From assembly GCA_040776945.1 (NCBI GenBank), contig JAXGZN010000002.1:96001-160000 (forward strand): DNA of 64,000 bases. The letters run 5' to 3'. Origin of the DNA: Methanomassiliicoccaceae archaeon. Lineage in GTDB: Archaea > Thermoplasmatota > Thermoplasmata > Methanomassiliicoccales > Methanomassiliicoccaceae. A program made the translations under genes and the position numbers. This document shows positions 29,000 through 38,713 of the stretch, in pieces (positions within the stretch are counted from its first letter, which is position 1; each line of letters starts with the position of its first letter). The notes under the pieces are model-generated. The model was given only the letters and a program-made list of their open reading frames with translations. It was not told the origin of the DNA and did not search any database.

Positions 29000-29994
29000 A
29001 GACCTTGTTTCTGGGATCGGTGGTGGAGAGGTCGGGAAAGAGCATGGTCGCCCTGGGGCTGGCCAAGAACAGCCCGTTCAAGATCGGCTACTTCAAGCCG
29101 TTCAAGGAGGTCATGATGAACCTGGAGGGCCGGGTGATCGACCAGGACGCCTACCTGATGAAACGTGCGCTCGGCCTGCCCTATGATGAGGACGACCTCT
29201 GCCCGCTGACTTATGACATCTATCAACCCGTCAGCATGGAGGAGATCCTGAAACGGTATGAGCGGGTGAAGGAGGGTGCCGATGCAATGCTCGTGGAGGG
29301 CACCCGCGACATAACGACCGGATGCATGGGTTCGGTCTCGGGCATGGCCATCGCCAACGCCATCAATGCCAACGTCGTCCTGGTGTCCTCGGCCCAGCTC
29401 CCTGCCTTGGACAAGATATGCATGCTGCGCCGGCTGATGGACCAATATCCGCTCCACTTCCGAGGGGTCATATTGAACCAGGCCGAGGACCTGAAGATGG
29501 GGCGGCTTATCGAAAAGAGAGGGATCAAGGTGCTGGGGTCCATACCTCCGATGAGGGAGCTCCGCGCCTTCCGGGTGCGGGAGATGGCCGAGGCCCTGGG
29601 GGCCGAGGTGCTCAACGGCGAAAGAGGAATGGACGAGCAGGTGGAGAAAGTGATGATCGGCGCGATGGCCCCGGAGACCGCGCTTATGTACATGCGTCGG
29701 ATGTCGCGGAAGGCCATCATAACCGGCGGGGACCGTGCGGACATCCAACTGGCGGCCCTGTCCACCGACACCTCCTGCCTGGTGCTCACCGGTGGCCTGT
29801 ACCCCCCGAAGCCCGTGGTGGCCAAGGCCTACGAGGTCGGGGTGCCTATCCTGGTCACCAGGCACAACACCATGGAAGCCGCGGAGATGATCGATCGGCT
29901 CATTGCCCGAATAGACCCGGACGATAAGGACAAGATAACGAAGATCGCGGACATGGTTAAACGTTATGTCGATCTGGACGAGGTATGGAGATAG
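28996..29994 (+). CDS. Phosphotransacetylase N-terminal (BioD-like P-loop + DRTGG) protein
   Basis: SGKS, GYFKP, GGDRADIQ, LVLTGG. ATGA overlap with the acd gene. Confidence 0.9.
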   Translation: MKTLFLGSVVERSGKSMVALGLAKNSPFKIGYFKPFKEVMMNLEGRVIDQDAYLMKRALGLPYDEDDLCPLTYDIYQPVSMEEILKRYERVKEGADAMLVEGTRDITTGCMGSVSGMAIANAINANVVLVSSAQLPALDKICMLRRLMDQYPLHFRGVILNQAEDLKMGRLIEKRGIKVLGSIPPMRELRAFRVREMAEALGAEVLNGERGMDEQVEKVMIGAMAPETALMYMRRMSRKAIITGGDRADIQLAALSTDTSCLVLTGGLYPPKPVVAKAYEVGVPILVTRHNTMEAAEMIDRLIARIDPDDKDKITKIADMVKRYVDLDEVWR

Positions 29995-30050
29995 AGATAT
30001 CTATAAATCGAAAGGGATATGAAGGGCCGCGGTAGGCAGAGCGGATTGGC

Positions 30051-30926
30051 ATGAACAGCATTCCAAAGACCAAGGTGAACAGGAGCAGGTTCTCGATCAA
30101 GCGCCTGGTGCCAGGCGAGAAGATACTCTGGGAGGGCAGACCCTCGGTGATCGTGTATTTCCTCCGCTCTTTGCTGCTCACCATCTTTGGCTTCATCTTC
30201 GCCCTTTCTGCGCTCCTGCAGGAAGGCAAGACCATCACCTCAGATCTGGGGTCGTATTTCTTCCTCTTGCTGATGTTGGTCCTCATCGCACTGATGATTA
30301 TAATCCACCGCAAGTGGGGCATCGCCGAGGGCATCGTGGCCATGATAGTGGTCGTGATCGTGGTGTTCGACGTACAGATCACCAAAGCGATCTTCCTCGC
30401 ACCCGCCATAATCGGCCTGGTCGCGCTGGTAGTGGAGTACCTGGTCTGGTCCCATACGTACTTCGCCATCTCCGATCGGCGCATCATGACCCAGACCGGC
30501 ATCTTTAGCCTGCTCTTCGTGGACACCCAGATCGACCGTCTACAGAACGTGTCCGTATCTCAGCCGTTCATCGAGCGCATCCTGGGATACGGGGACGTGA
30601 TGTTCGCTACCGCCGGAGAGATGGGAGGAATAGACAGCAACGCCTGGACCCAGAAGATGAGCAAGGGCGGTGCGATCGTGTGGGAAAACATCCCACGGCC
30701 GTTCGAGGTCCGCAGGATCGCGGAGACCATAATACTCCAGTCGAACAGGCCTCAAGTGCAATATGTCCCCCAGGCCTATTCTCCAGCCTCCCCGGCCACC
30801 CCCGCCTCTTCGTACTCGGTGGAGGCCAGCGAGCGGCTGGAGAAGCTAAAGGAGATGAGGGACAAGAACCTCATAAGCGAAGAGGAGTTCCAAAGGAAGC
30901 GTCAGGAGATAATCGGCCGTCTGTGA
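30051..30926 (+). CDS. Membrane protein with bacterial PH (bPH_2) domain and C-terminal SHOCT domain
   Basis: GEKILWEGRP, 4 TMs, RLQNVSVSQ..ERILGYGDV..TAG, and LEKLKEMRDKNLISEEEFQRKRQEI. Confidence 0.85.
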   Translation: MNSIPKTKVNRSRFSIKRLVPGEKILWEGRPSVIVYFLRSLLLTIFGFIFALSALLQEGKTITSDLGSYFFLLLMLVLIALMIIIHRKWGIAEGIVAMIVVVIVVFDVQITKAIFLAPAIIGLVALVVEYLVWSHTYFAISDRRIMTQTGIFSLLFVDTQIDRLQNVSVSQPFIERILGYGDVMFATAGEMGGIDSNAWTQKMSKGGAIVWENIPRPFEVRRIAETIILQSNRPQVQYVPQAYSPASPATPASSYSVEASERLEKLKEMRDKNLISEEEFQRKRQEIIGRL

Positions 30927-30944
30927 GGACGGGTCCGGCGGGCC

Positions 30945-33356
30945 CTACATCTCTATGGCGCTCGTCCCGTCCTCCAGCTCCCGGATGGTGATGACATTGC
31001 TCATCAGGTCCTTGGTGTCGTCGATGTGGCTGATGAGGATGATCTGCTGGAACTGTCCCTCCAACCGGTTCAGGGTGCCCATGATGTTGCGCTTCCTGAC
31101 CTGGTCCTGGGAGCCGAAGATCTCGTCCAAGATGAGGAAGTTGATGTCGTTGCCGGAGCGGTCCGCCAGCGCCCTGGATATCGCCAATCGGAGGCTCAGG
31201 TTGGCAAGGTCGCTCTCGCCCCCTGAGAACCTGGACAGCGGGTACTTGTCCCTGCCGTCATAGATATGCATCTCATAGTCCTCGTCCAGCTCGATGCCTC
31301 CGTACCGGGAGTCGGTCATGTCCGAGAACAACTGGGAGGATGTCTCTGATAAGGTGGGGACTATCCTATCCATTATGTTCTGCTTGAAGTCGATCATCAC
31401 TCTCTCCAAGGTGGCGAGGTGCTCCACGGCCCTCGCCCGCTCGGCAATGCCCCTCTCGATCTCCAAGATCTCTTCCATGGCCTTCCTGCGATCGTTGATC
31501 TGATGGTCAGTGTGCTCTATGTCCTTTCTGCGTAGGGCTATTTCGTTATGGGCGGCCTCCCGGGCATGGTAAGCCTCATCGTAGGCATCAAAAGCGGCCT
31601 TCAGGTCGCCCTCGGTGTAGCCTACCGCGTTCAGGTCCTCCTTCGCCCTCCCCAGCTCTGTGCTCTTGCTCGCAATGGCCTGTTCGATTTCCTTGACCTG
31701 TGCCTCCAGCTGAGGCAGGCGGGCCCCCTCGCCGCGCAGCGCCTGGAACCTCTCTGCCTCCGGGCGGAGAGACACGATCCTGTCCTTGAGCGCATTGTAG
31801 GCCTGCTGATCGAAGCTCACCTCGCCGATATCGTTCAGCTCGATCTGCGCTCGCGTCAGGTCCTCGGACAGCTTTTCCAGGTCTTTCTGGAGCCTCTCCG
31901 CAGTGGCCGTCAGCTTGACCAGGTTGTCCACGTCGGCATCGTACTTACTCTTCCGGTCTTCGAGCGCGCTCCTGCGCCGGGACAGCGTCTCCAGTTCCGT
32001 GCGCAGCTTACCAAGCTTGCACTCCAGCTCCTCGGCGCGCCTGATGAGGTCGTCCTTTTCGCTGTCGAACCTGGAGAGCAGGTGCCCGTGATGATCTCCC
32101 AACTGTCGTCCGCAGGTGGGGCACAGGCTGTCCGGGCCCAGGCTCGTGATCTCCAAGCTCCTGGCCTCAAGTCCGCCGGCCTCGGCCCTAAGGCGGGATA
32201 TCTCTGCATCGAGAAGAGCCGCCTCCTGTTGTTTTCCGCTCGCCTCGCTTTCGGCGGACCTAATGTTGGAGAGGACCTGCTCGAGCCGGCTCCGTGGATC
32301 GTTCAGTTTGGAGATCTCCTGTCTGGCATTGCTCAGCTCATCGGTCTTTCGCTTGACCTCCCCGCTCAATCGGTTGAGGCCCTGCGCGGCCGCCTTCCGC
32401 CGCTCGAACCTGGCGGACTCGGCGTCCATGCTCTCCCTGGAGGCAACCGCCTCTCTCATCTCCTTGTCCTTCGCTTCCAATTGCGGAAGGACCCTAAGGC
32501 GGTCCCGGAGGGTCTGGAGCTCCCGTTCGTAGTTGGAACAGGTGAACTGTCTCTCCTTCAGCTCCTTTTCTTTCTCCAGTACCCGCCTCTCGAGATTGCG
32601 GTATTCGCCCTCTTTAAGGGCGGCCCACTCCTTTCTTCCGATCGCTGCCTTGAGGTCGTTCTCTCTGGCCTTGAAGGCATCATTGGCCTCCTCCAGGGAC
32701 GCGTTGAGCGCGGCGACCTTGCCATCAAGCTGGCCGATCTCTTCCTCCAGCACTTCCCTGCGCCGTCTGCCGTCCGGCGTGTGCAGCCGCTCTTCGTTGG
32801 ACTGGAGGAGCACCTTCCCGTCCTTCCAGTCTCGTCTGATATTGTCTATAACGTCCTGGAGCACGTCCAGTTGGAGCATGCGCATGATCAGCTTCTTCCG
32901 CTCCCCTGCGGTCAGAACGGAAAGCGCAGAAAGGTCCTTCTGCCGTGCGAAGACGGAGATGAAGAATGCCTGATGGTCCATGCCCAGGATCTCCTCGACC
33001 TTCTGGCTGACCGCCCTGTCGGACCTAGCTATCATCCCTCCGCCGGCGCTCAGTTCCGCCTCTATCTTCATGTCCTTGCCCTTGAGGCTTCGGCGAAGGC
33101 GGTACTGCACGCCTCCCAGCTCGAACTCCAGCTCGACCGAGCACTCCTCGCTTGGTAGGGCCCCGCTCCTCTTGATCCCCTCACGACCGTTCCGGCTCTC
33201 GCTCTTGTTCCCATACAGCGCCCAGGAGATCGCCTCGATCAGAGTGCTCTTCCCAGAACCATTGGGCCCCATTATGCCTATGACCCCGTCCGGGAACTCG
33301 ATCCGGGCATCGCGGAACCGCCGATAGTTGTGCAGCTCAAGGTACCTCAGCCTGAT
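30945..33356 (-). CDS. rad50: Rad50/SbcC DNA double-strand break repair ATPase
   Basis: GPNGSGKS, CPTCG zinc hook, FSGGE, LDEIFGSQD, ISH. The conserved N-terminus (xRLRYLELHNYRRF) extends up to ATC at 33356. Confidence 0.93.
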   Translation of the reverse strand: MRLRYLELHNYRRFRDARIEFPDGVIGIMGPNGSGKSTLIEAISWALYGNKSESRNGREGIKRSGALPSEECSVELEFELGGVQYRLRRSLKGKDMKIEAELSAGGGMIARSDRAVSQKVEEILGMDHQAFFISVFARQKDLSALSVLTAGERKKLIMRMLQLDVLQDVIDNIRRDWKDGKVLLQSNEERLHTPDGRRRREVLEEEIGQLDGKVAALNASLEEANDAFKARENDLKAAIGRKEWAALKEGEYRNLERRVLEKEKELKERQFTCSNYERELQTLRDRLRVLPQLEAKDKEMREAVASRESMDAESARFERRKAAAQGLNRLSGEVKRKTDELSNARQEISKLNDPRSRLEQVLSNIRSAESEASGKQQEAALLDAEISRLRAEAGGLEARSLEITSLGPDSLCPTCGRQLGDHHGHLLSRFDSEKDDLIRRAEELECKLGKLRTELETLSRRRSALEDRKSKYDADVDNLVKLTATAERLQKDLEKLSEDLTRAQIELNDIGEVSFDQQAYNALKDRIVSLRPEAERFQALRGEGARLPQLEAQVKEIEQAIASKSTELGRAKEDLNAVGYTEGDLKAAFDAYDEAYHAREAAHNEIALRRKDIEHTDHQINDRRKAMEEILEIERGIAERARAVEHLATLERVMIDFKQNIMDRIVPTLSETSSQLFSDMTDSRYGGIELDEDYEMHIYDGRDKYPLSRFSGGESDLANLSLRLAISRALADRSGNDINFLILDEIFGSQDQVRKRNIMGTLNRLEGQFQQIILISHIDDTKDLMSNVITIRELEDGTSAIEM

Positions 33357-34477
33357 CCTTCCAGCCCCCTCCTTAAATAGTCCAGACCTTGCAGCTTGAG
33401 AGCGTCCTTGTCCACGTTGTCCACCGGATACCGGTCGAGGTAGCTGACGAACTCCTCCTCCAGCGAGCTTAGGGTGGCAGGACCGGCCTGCACCGACACG
33501 CTGCCCTGGAGGACCTCGAACTTAGGTTCGAAATGGACCGCGCCGGAGGCAAGCTCCCTCAGCCTCTTGAAGTCGAGGGTTACATACAGCGCACGGGGAA
33601 CGTTCTTGACCACCAGCCTGACGATCTTGCCCTCAAGGTCCTGCGACAGCAAGTCCTCCAGCTCAGCTCTCAGGGATGACGGGTCCGCCCCGCGCGCATC
33701 CACCGGGCCAAGGCTCACCATCGGGCGAGTGGGCAGCTCTATGAAATCCCTCTTACCGCTACTGAGGTCGATGTGGTAGAAGCCCTTGGGCTGACCGGCC
33801 TCGGCGAAGGAGAAGCGCTCGGTGGAACCGGAATAGCAGGCGTTCCGGGTGACCTCGTACCTTTGGTGGAAGTGGCCCAGGGCAATGTAGTCCAGGTCCT
33901 CCTTGAGATAACAGGACTCTACCAGCTGCTCATTGAACTCGTTCATCCGGAACTCGTTGAAGCCGACGACGCCGGCATGGAGCATGGCGACATTATGGCC
34001 CGTCTCCCTCGAACGCTCGATGAGGGGGAGCTGCTCCTTGAACCCCTCGCCCTCCGAATGGGGAACGGCATGCACGGTAAGGTCCCCGAGGACGAGGCGC
34101 TCGTACGCCCCGCGGTACACAGGAGATATATGCTTCAGGTGCTCGAAAAGCCGGAACGCGCTCCCCGTCTCCCTCAATCTGGGCGTCGAGTGGTTCCCCG
34201 CGATGATGGCGGTCGGTATGCCTGCCTCGGACAGGCGGACCATCTGCTCCAATGCGAAGCTCAAGGCCCTGTTGGACGGGCGGACGGCATCGAACAGGTC
34301 GCCGCTGTGCAGGACCGCATCAGGACGGAGCTTGAGGACATGGTCTATGAACGCCTCGAAAGACCGGTAGGCATCGACCTCCCTCTGGTTCAGGCCCCGG
34401 TATGGGCCGTCGTCCTCGCAGACCTTGCGGTAGGCGGAAAAGCCAAGATGCGTATCCGCGACGTGAACGATCCTCAT
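33347..34477 (-). CDS. mre11: Mre11/SbcD nuclease
   Basis: ADTHLG, GDLFD, GNHS, LGHFH, YSGSTE. Confidence 0.95.
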   Translation of the reverse strand: MRIVHVADTHLGFSAYRKVCEDDGPYRGLNQREVDAYRSFEAFIDHVLKLRPDAVLHSGDLFDAVRPSNRALSFALEQMVRLSEAGIPTAIIAGNHSTPRLRETGSAFRLFEHLKHISPVYRGAYERLVLGDLTVHAVPHSEGEGFKEQLPLIERSRETGHNVAMLHAGVVGFNEFRMNEFNEQLVESCYLKEDLDYIALGHFHQRYEVTRNACYSGSTERFSFAEAGQPKGFYHIDLSSGKRDFIELPTRPMVSLGPVDARGADPSSLRAELEDLLSQDLEGKIVRLVVKNVPRALYVTLDFKRLRELASGAVHFEPKFEVLQGSVSVQAGPATLSSLEEEFVSYLDRYPVDNVDKDALKLQGLDYLRRGLEGSG

Positions 34478-34561
34478 ATCCTTACCTTCGAGTACGGCCT
34501 TTTTTGCCGCATCTGGGAGTTATTTCTTTCCTTCGCACGCCGAAAATCTGAGATGTCATGT

Positions 34562-36142
34562 TCAGTAGAACCCCCTATCAGGTGAAGCTCTCGATACGGC
34601 CCTGGAAGGCGTCTTGGCCAGTTCCTTGGCCAGGTATTCCTCGTACAGATGGATCTTCACTGGCACGGCGAACGGGGTGAACGGCGAGGCGATGAGAGCC
34701 TCGCCGGGCATCAGCATCTGGATCTCGTTCTCCAGTTGGGAGATGTCCTGTTTGGCGGAGTTCTTTAGGATCTCGCGGTCCCTGCGGTCGGCGAGCCCCA
34801 GCACGAACAGCGTGTTGAACTGGGAGATGATCTCGACATCGATGAGCTTCGGTTGCTGGGAGACGGCGCACAGCCCGGTCTTGAACTTGCGGCCTTCCCT
34901 GGCGATCTGGGCAAAGATGCTGCCCTTGGCCTCGGTGAGGACGCGCTGGGCCTCCTCCATGGCGATGAGCACCGGCGGCAGCTTGTCGAACCGCTCCTTC
35001 TCCCCGTACAGCTGCTTGTTCCGCTCGAATATGGCCCGGCACAGCACCGTGGAGACGAGAAGCTCCTCGGCCTCGAACATGTTGGACGTGTCGGCCAGCA
35101 CCACCTTGCCGTCATGAAGCGCGTCGATTATGTTGTTGGTGACGGATAGCTTTCGGTCGCGGGTGATCAGGTCCAACCGGAAGAGGTTCTCCAGCCGCCG
35201 CTTGATCACCGAGACCGTCCCGTCCTTGTATTGGTCCTTGAGGTCCTTTACGATGGTCCCCACCGAACGGTCGTTCAGCTCCACCAACCAATTATCGCCG
35301 TAGGCGTACTGCGCGGACTGCATGCACTCCTTCTGGGCCCCGGTCATCTCGTACAGGGACTCCAGGTCTGCGATCTCGATCTCCGAGGCGGCCAGGTGCA
35401 GGCTGTTGTGCGGCCCGTCCAGCTTGCGGGAGGAGAACACCACCAGCGCGTCCGTGCGGCCGGCATGCTTCAGCCCGCGCTTCTTCGCCTCCCCTCCGTC
35501 GTAGTACTCGCCGTGCGGGTCGAGTATGAGGAAGCCGTACTTGCGCAGGTCCATGCACGAGAGCGCCAGGTTCTTCATCAGGTTGCTCTTGCCCATGCCC
35601 GTGGTGGCGAAGATGCCGATATGGTGCGGTATCGCCTGCCCGGTTATGCCCACCGGGAAATCGAGCACCTGGTCCCCCGAACGGAGGTTCCCCACCTGGA
35701 TGTCCCCCAAGCTGTCCTTGAGGAACTCATAGTCGGTGATGTCCGTTCGGCGGACGCGGGAGAAGTGGCTGGGTATGGTCTTCGTCTTCCTAAATGCCGA
35801 TCCGACACAGCCCAGAGGGATGCACACCCCGGCGCAGTAAAGCTGGGGCCTGATCCCCTCCATATCATACTCTTGGTTCCTGGCGTCGCCCCTGAGCATC
35901 TGACCGGCGAAGGTCTCCATCCATCCTTTCTGCTCGGAGTCCGCACCGTGCTCGATGTCCATAACTCGAACGAGGTACCGGTCCGGGGAGGTCTCGTTCT
36001 CCACCACCAGCATTTCCCCTACCTGGAGAGGCTCCCCGTAGTTCATCCTGAAGCGCGTCTCCATGACGCTGTTGCCTACCACCCTTCCGATGTGCGTTCT
36101 CCACCCTCCCTGTCCGTACAGGGGGGTCAATGGCCTAACCAC
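34562..36142 (-). CDS. herA: HerA helicase/ATPase (start uncertain: GTG 36142, TTG 36130 or ACG 36097)
   Basis: HAS-barrel-like N-terminus, ATTGMGKSN, DPHGEY, EEAQ, REGRKF, SQQP. Lies upstream of mre11-rad50. Confidence 0.9.
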   Translation of the reverse strand: MVRPLTPLYGQGGWRTHIGRVVGNSVMETRFRMNYGEPLQVGEMLVVENETSPDRYLVRVMDIEHGADSEQKGWMETFAGQMLRGDARNQEYDMEGIRPQLYCAGVCIPLGCVGSAFRKTKTIPSHFSRVRRTDITDYEFLKDSLGDIQVGNLRSGDQVLDFPVGITGQAIPHHIGIFATTGMGKSNLMKNLALSCMDLRKYGFLILDPHGEYYDGGEAKKRGLKHAGRTDALVVFSSRKLDGPHNSLHLAASEIEIADLESLYEMTGAQKECMQSAQYAYGDNWLVELNDRSVGTIVKDLKDQYKDGTVSVIKRRLENLFRLDLITRDRKLSVTNNIIDALHDGKVVLADTSNMFEAEELLVSTVLCRAIFERNKQLYGEKERFDKLPPVLIAMEEAQRVLTEAKGSIFAQIAREGRKFKTGLCAVSQQPKLIDVEIISQFNTLFVLGLADRRDREILKNSAKQDISQLENEIQMLMPGEALIASPFTPFAVPVKIHLYEEYLAKELAKTPSRAVSRASPDRGFY

Positions 36143-36169
36143 GATTTACCATTTGCCGAAGCGGGGGCC

Positions 36170-36436
36170 TCAAAGGAGAAAGACGAACACGAGGTTGATG
36201 ATGAAAAGTGCGAGAAGGGGGAGAATGACGATCGTCAGTGCCCGGGCTATCCGCTCGCTCCCATGCTCGGTCGTGGTCACGATCTCCTTCGCGAACAGCA
36301 ATGCGGCGAGGACGAGAGTGACGATCGCGAACTCCGCTCTCGCCTCCACTCCCCATTCGAACCAGCCGGTTACAGCGCCGGCGTTGCCGAGGAGGAGGCC
36401 AGATAGTGACACGCGGTTGAAAGCGCCAGATAGCAT
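36170..36436 (-). CDS. Small two-TM membrane protein at the end of the glycan cluster
   Basis: ATG 36436. Hydrophobic segments FAIVTLVLAALLFAKEI and LTIVILPLLALFIINLVFVFLL. Confidence 0.65.
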   Translation of the reverse strand: MLSGAFNRVSLSGLLLGNAGAVTGWFEWGVEARAEFAIVTLVLAALLFAKEIVTTTEHGSERIARALTIVILPLLALFIINLVFVFLL

Positions 36437-36501
36437 ATTTATAAATTGCGAGATGGGGTCGAGCGGGCATGACCTTCTCAACCCCTGTCTGGTCGCTCGC
36501 G

Positions 36502-37722
36502 CTACCGGCAGGGGACGGCCGCTGCGAGAGAGGCGAGCGCGCGCATCATCCAAGCTTGCCCCCAACGCATGTATGGGATCCGGTTGATGAACCGCTCATG
36601 CCTCTGGTGGTAGAAGAAGCCCGCCGGGTCCTGCATGTTCTCCACGCTCCACCTCGCAATCCTCAATGCGTCGTCCAGAAGCTCCGGCTCATTGGCCGAG
36701 AGCCTCGAGAATGTCAATATCCCCTGGGCCTGATGATGGATGTCCGCGGGCCAGTTCCCGGGGAGCCGCCAAAGGGATCGTCCAGAGACATCGAACTGTC
36801 GCTCGCGGTAGAATATCGTGCCCCGGTGCAAAGCATCGGTGTATCTGGCATCGGTCCTCCCGGAATAGGTGATGAAGTCGAGAAGAGAGTCCAGGATGAA
36901 CCCCTGATGAAAGTCGATCTGCATCCTCTTCCGCCCCGACCCATCGATGCTGTAGGCCCATGAACCGTCCGGTTCCTGCTTGGCCACCGTGAACTCCACC
37001 GCCCGGACGGCCGTATCCATAAGGTCCTCCCGACCGGTCAGCGCGGACACCCTTGCCATAAGGGCCGCGCCCATCATGCTGGCGTTATGCACTATATGGC
37101 GGTCGATGGGGGTGTAGCTGAAGCATATGCCGTCGCGGTCCTCGTAAACCGACAGATCGCTCTGGATGAACTCGATGACCCCCTTGGCGAGGTCCAGCAG
37201 GTCCTCCTGGCCGGTGAGGCCGTGGAGGTCCAGCAGGGCGTTGGCCACGAAGGACGACACGACCACGGTAGGGAGCCCGGCAGGGGAGAACCTGGTCACG
37301 TCCTGCCAATCGAAGTTGAAACCCCAGCTGTTGCCGTGGTATCCGGTGGAACGGGAGCCGATCAAGCTTCTGACCAACTCCTCGGAAGCGGCGGCGAACG
37401 CCCCCTCACCTATGATCCCCGCCCGGTGCATGTCGCAGTACGCGCTGAGGAACAGTCCGATGGCCTTGGGGTTCCTCCCCTCTCTGACGCCGAACGTGCG
37501 CCGCAGATCGATCGGAGAGTAGACGAACAGCTGGGTCGCCGCCACCTTGGGCAGCCTTCCAGGTAGGGAGCGGACGAACGGAGAGTTCAGCGCATCATAT
37601 GGGTCCGGGCCCTGGTAGCTCCGGGAGCGCACGTATCCCTCGAGGCGAGCGAGGGACCTCTCGATCGCGCGCAGCTCATCCGGTTCAGCTGCCGCAGGCC
37701 TCGCGGATGAGCCCGATAACAT
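36502..37722 (-). CDS. (alpha/alpha)6-barrel glycan-modifying protein (glycoside hydrolase/epimerase-like)
   Basis: DPYDALNSP, WGFNFDWQ, VHNA, DGSWAY, DFHQGF, YMRWGQAW. Typical of polysaccharide loci. Confidence 0.7.
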   Translation of the reverse strand: MLSGSSARPAAAEPDELRAIERSLARLEGYVRSRSYQGPDPYDALNSPFVRSLPGRLPKVAATQLFVYSPIDLRRTFGVREGRNPKAIGLFLSAYCDMHRAGIIGEGAFAAASEELVRSLIGSRSTGYHGNSWGFNFDWQDVTRFSPAGLPTVVVSSFVANALLDLHGLTGQEDLLDLAKGVIEFIQSDLSVYEDRDGICFSYTPIDRHIVHNASMMGAALMARVSALTGREDLMDTAVRAVEFTVAKQEPDGSWAYSIDGSGRKRMQIDFHQGFILDSLLDFITYSGRTDARYTDALHRGTIFYRERQFDVSGRSLWRLPGNWPADIHHQAQGILTFSRLSANEPELLDDALRIARWSVENMQDPAGFFYHQRHERFINRIPYMRWGQAWMMRALASLAAAVPCR

Positions 37723-38701
37723 CCCGCTTGACCCTCCTGCTCCTGCTGAGGTCGGCCCGGCACTTGCCATTCATCGAGGACATGACGTTTCTCAATATTG
37801 CCTTTGGGTCCCGGGAATGGAACATAGCTCCGTTAGAGATGAGCTCCCGGTCTACGGACAGGAGCCCATCGCCAGGGAAGAACGATACTGAAGGCTTTCC
37901 CATGCACGCCGCCTCCCTGGCCATTGTGCCGGAGCCGGTGAGGACGGCCAGCGAATGATAGCACAGGTCCAGGCCGTTGAGCGCCTGAGGCGGTATGTAT
38001 GCATCCAGGCCGGCGGCGTACTCGGCATCGCCCTTGTCCCGCGGGAGGTAGACGACATTGATGTCGTTCTCCCGGAACAGGCGCACAAGGTCGGGCACGA
38101 TGGTCCGGTTCTCAAGCACATAGAACGAGGCGAGCGCCTCTGGCCTGATGACCACGTACTCGTCGAAGGGAAGCCTCTCCATGAAGTGGGGGTCCGGCTC
38201 AAAGGCGGCTATGTACACGTCCTCCTTGTAACCGTCGTAGGCATAGAGCCCGTGACCGCTCATATTGGAAGAGAACGCCGCATGGCATGCCTGGGGGATG
38301 ATCACCTTGTCGGCGAGATCCTTGATCCCCGTCTCCATGTACTGCAGGACGGACCGTTTCTGGAAGAACTTGAGGTCATTGTCGCACAGAAGGACGGACC
38401 TGCCCCCCTTCATCTTCGAGACCATAACGCTCATCCCGTTCTCAAATGACAGCGCGCAGTCGAAGTCCTCCACCGAGGTCCACAGCGCCAGGGTCCGGCC
38501 CACCATGCTCAGCGATTTCTTCACCCCGTTGCGGTAGTCCGATCCAACCACCCTGCCTTCGATGCCCAGCATCTTGGCCAGCTCGACCGTCTCTGCCCTC
38601 TCCCTTATCGTCACCTGGAGCCTCTCGTCATGGAGGTCCTTCAGCACTACGTTGAAGAAAAGGGCGTGAGAGGGGTTGATGATGTCGACCCAGATGTTCA
38701 T
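37685..38701 (-). CDS. DUF354 GT-B fold protein
   Basis: IWVDIINPSH..FF, YDGYKE, GSGTMAREAA..G.P. Confidence 0.85.
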   Translation of the reverse strand: MNIWVDIINPSHALFFNVVLKDLHDERLQVTIRERAETVELAKMLGIEGRVVGSDYRNGVKKSLSMVGRTLALWTSVEDFDCALSFENGMSVMVSKMKGGRSVLLCDNDLKFFQKRSVLQYMETGIKDLADKVIIPQACHAAFSSNMSGHGLYAYDGYKEDVYIAAFEPDPHFMERLPFDEYVVIRPEALASFYVLENRTIVPDLVRLFRENDINVVYLPRDKGDAEYAAGLDAYIPPQALNGLDLCYHSLAVLTGSGTMAREAACMGKPSVSFFPGDGLLSVDRELISNGAMFHSRDPKAILRNVMSSMNGKCRADLSRSRRVKRDVIGLIREACGS

Positions 38702-38713
38702 CGGACGATCGCC

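Noticed and set aside
31548-33158. 536-aa ORF on the plus strand
   Set aside because: Antisense shadow of the rad50 coiled coil, caused by GC-rich codon bias. No motifs.
35231-36406. 391-aa plus-strand ORF
   Set aside because: Antisense to herA, with shadow-type composition.
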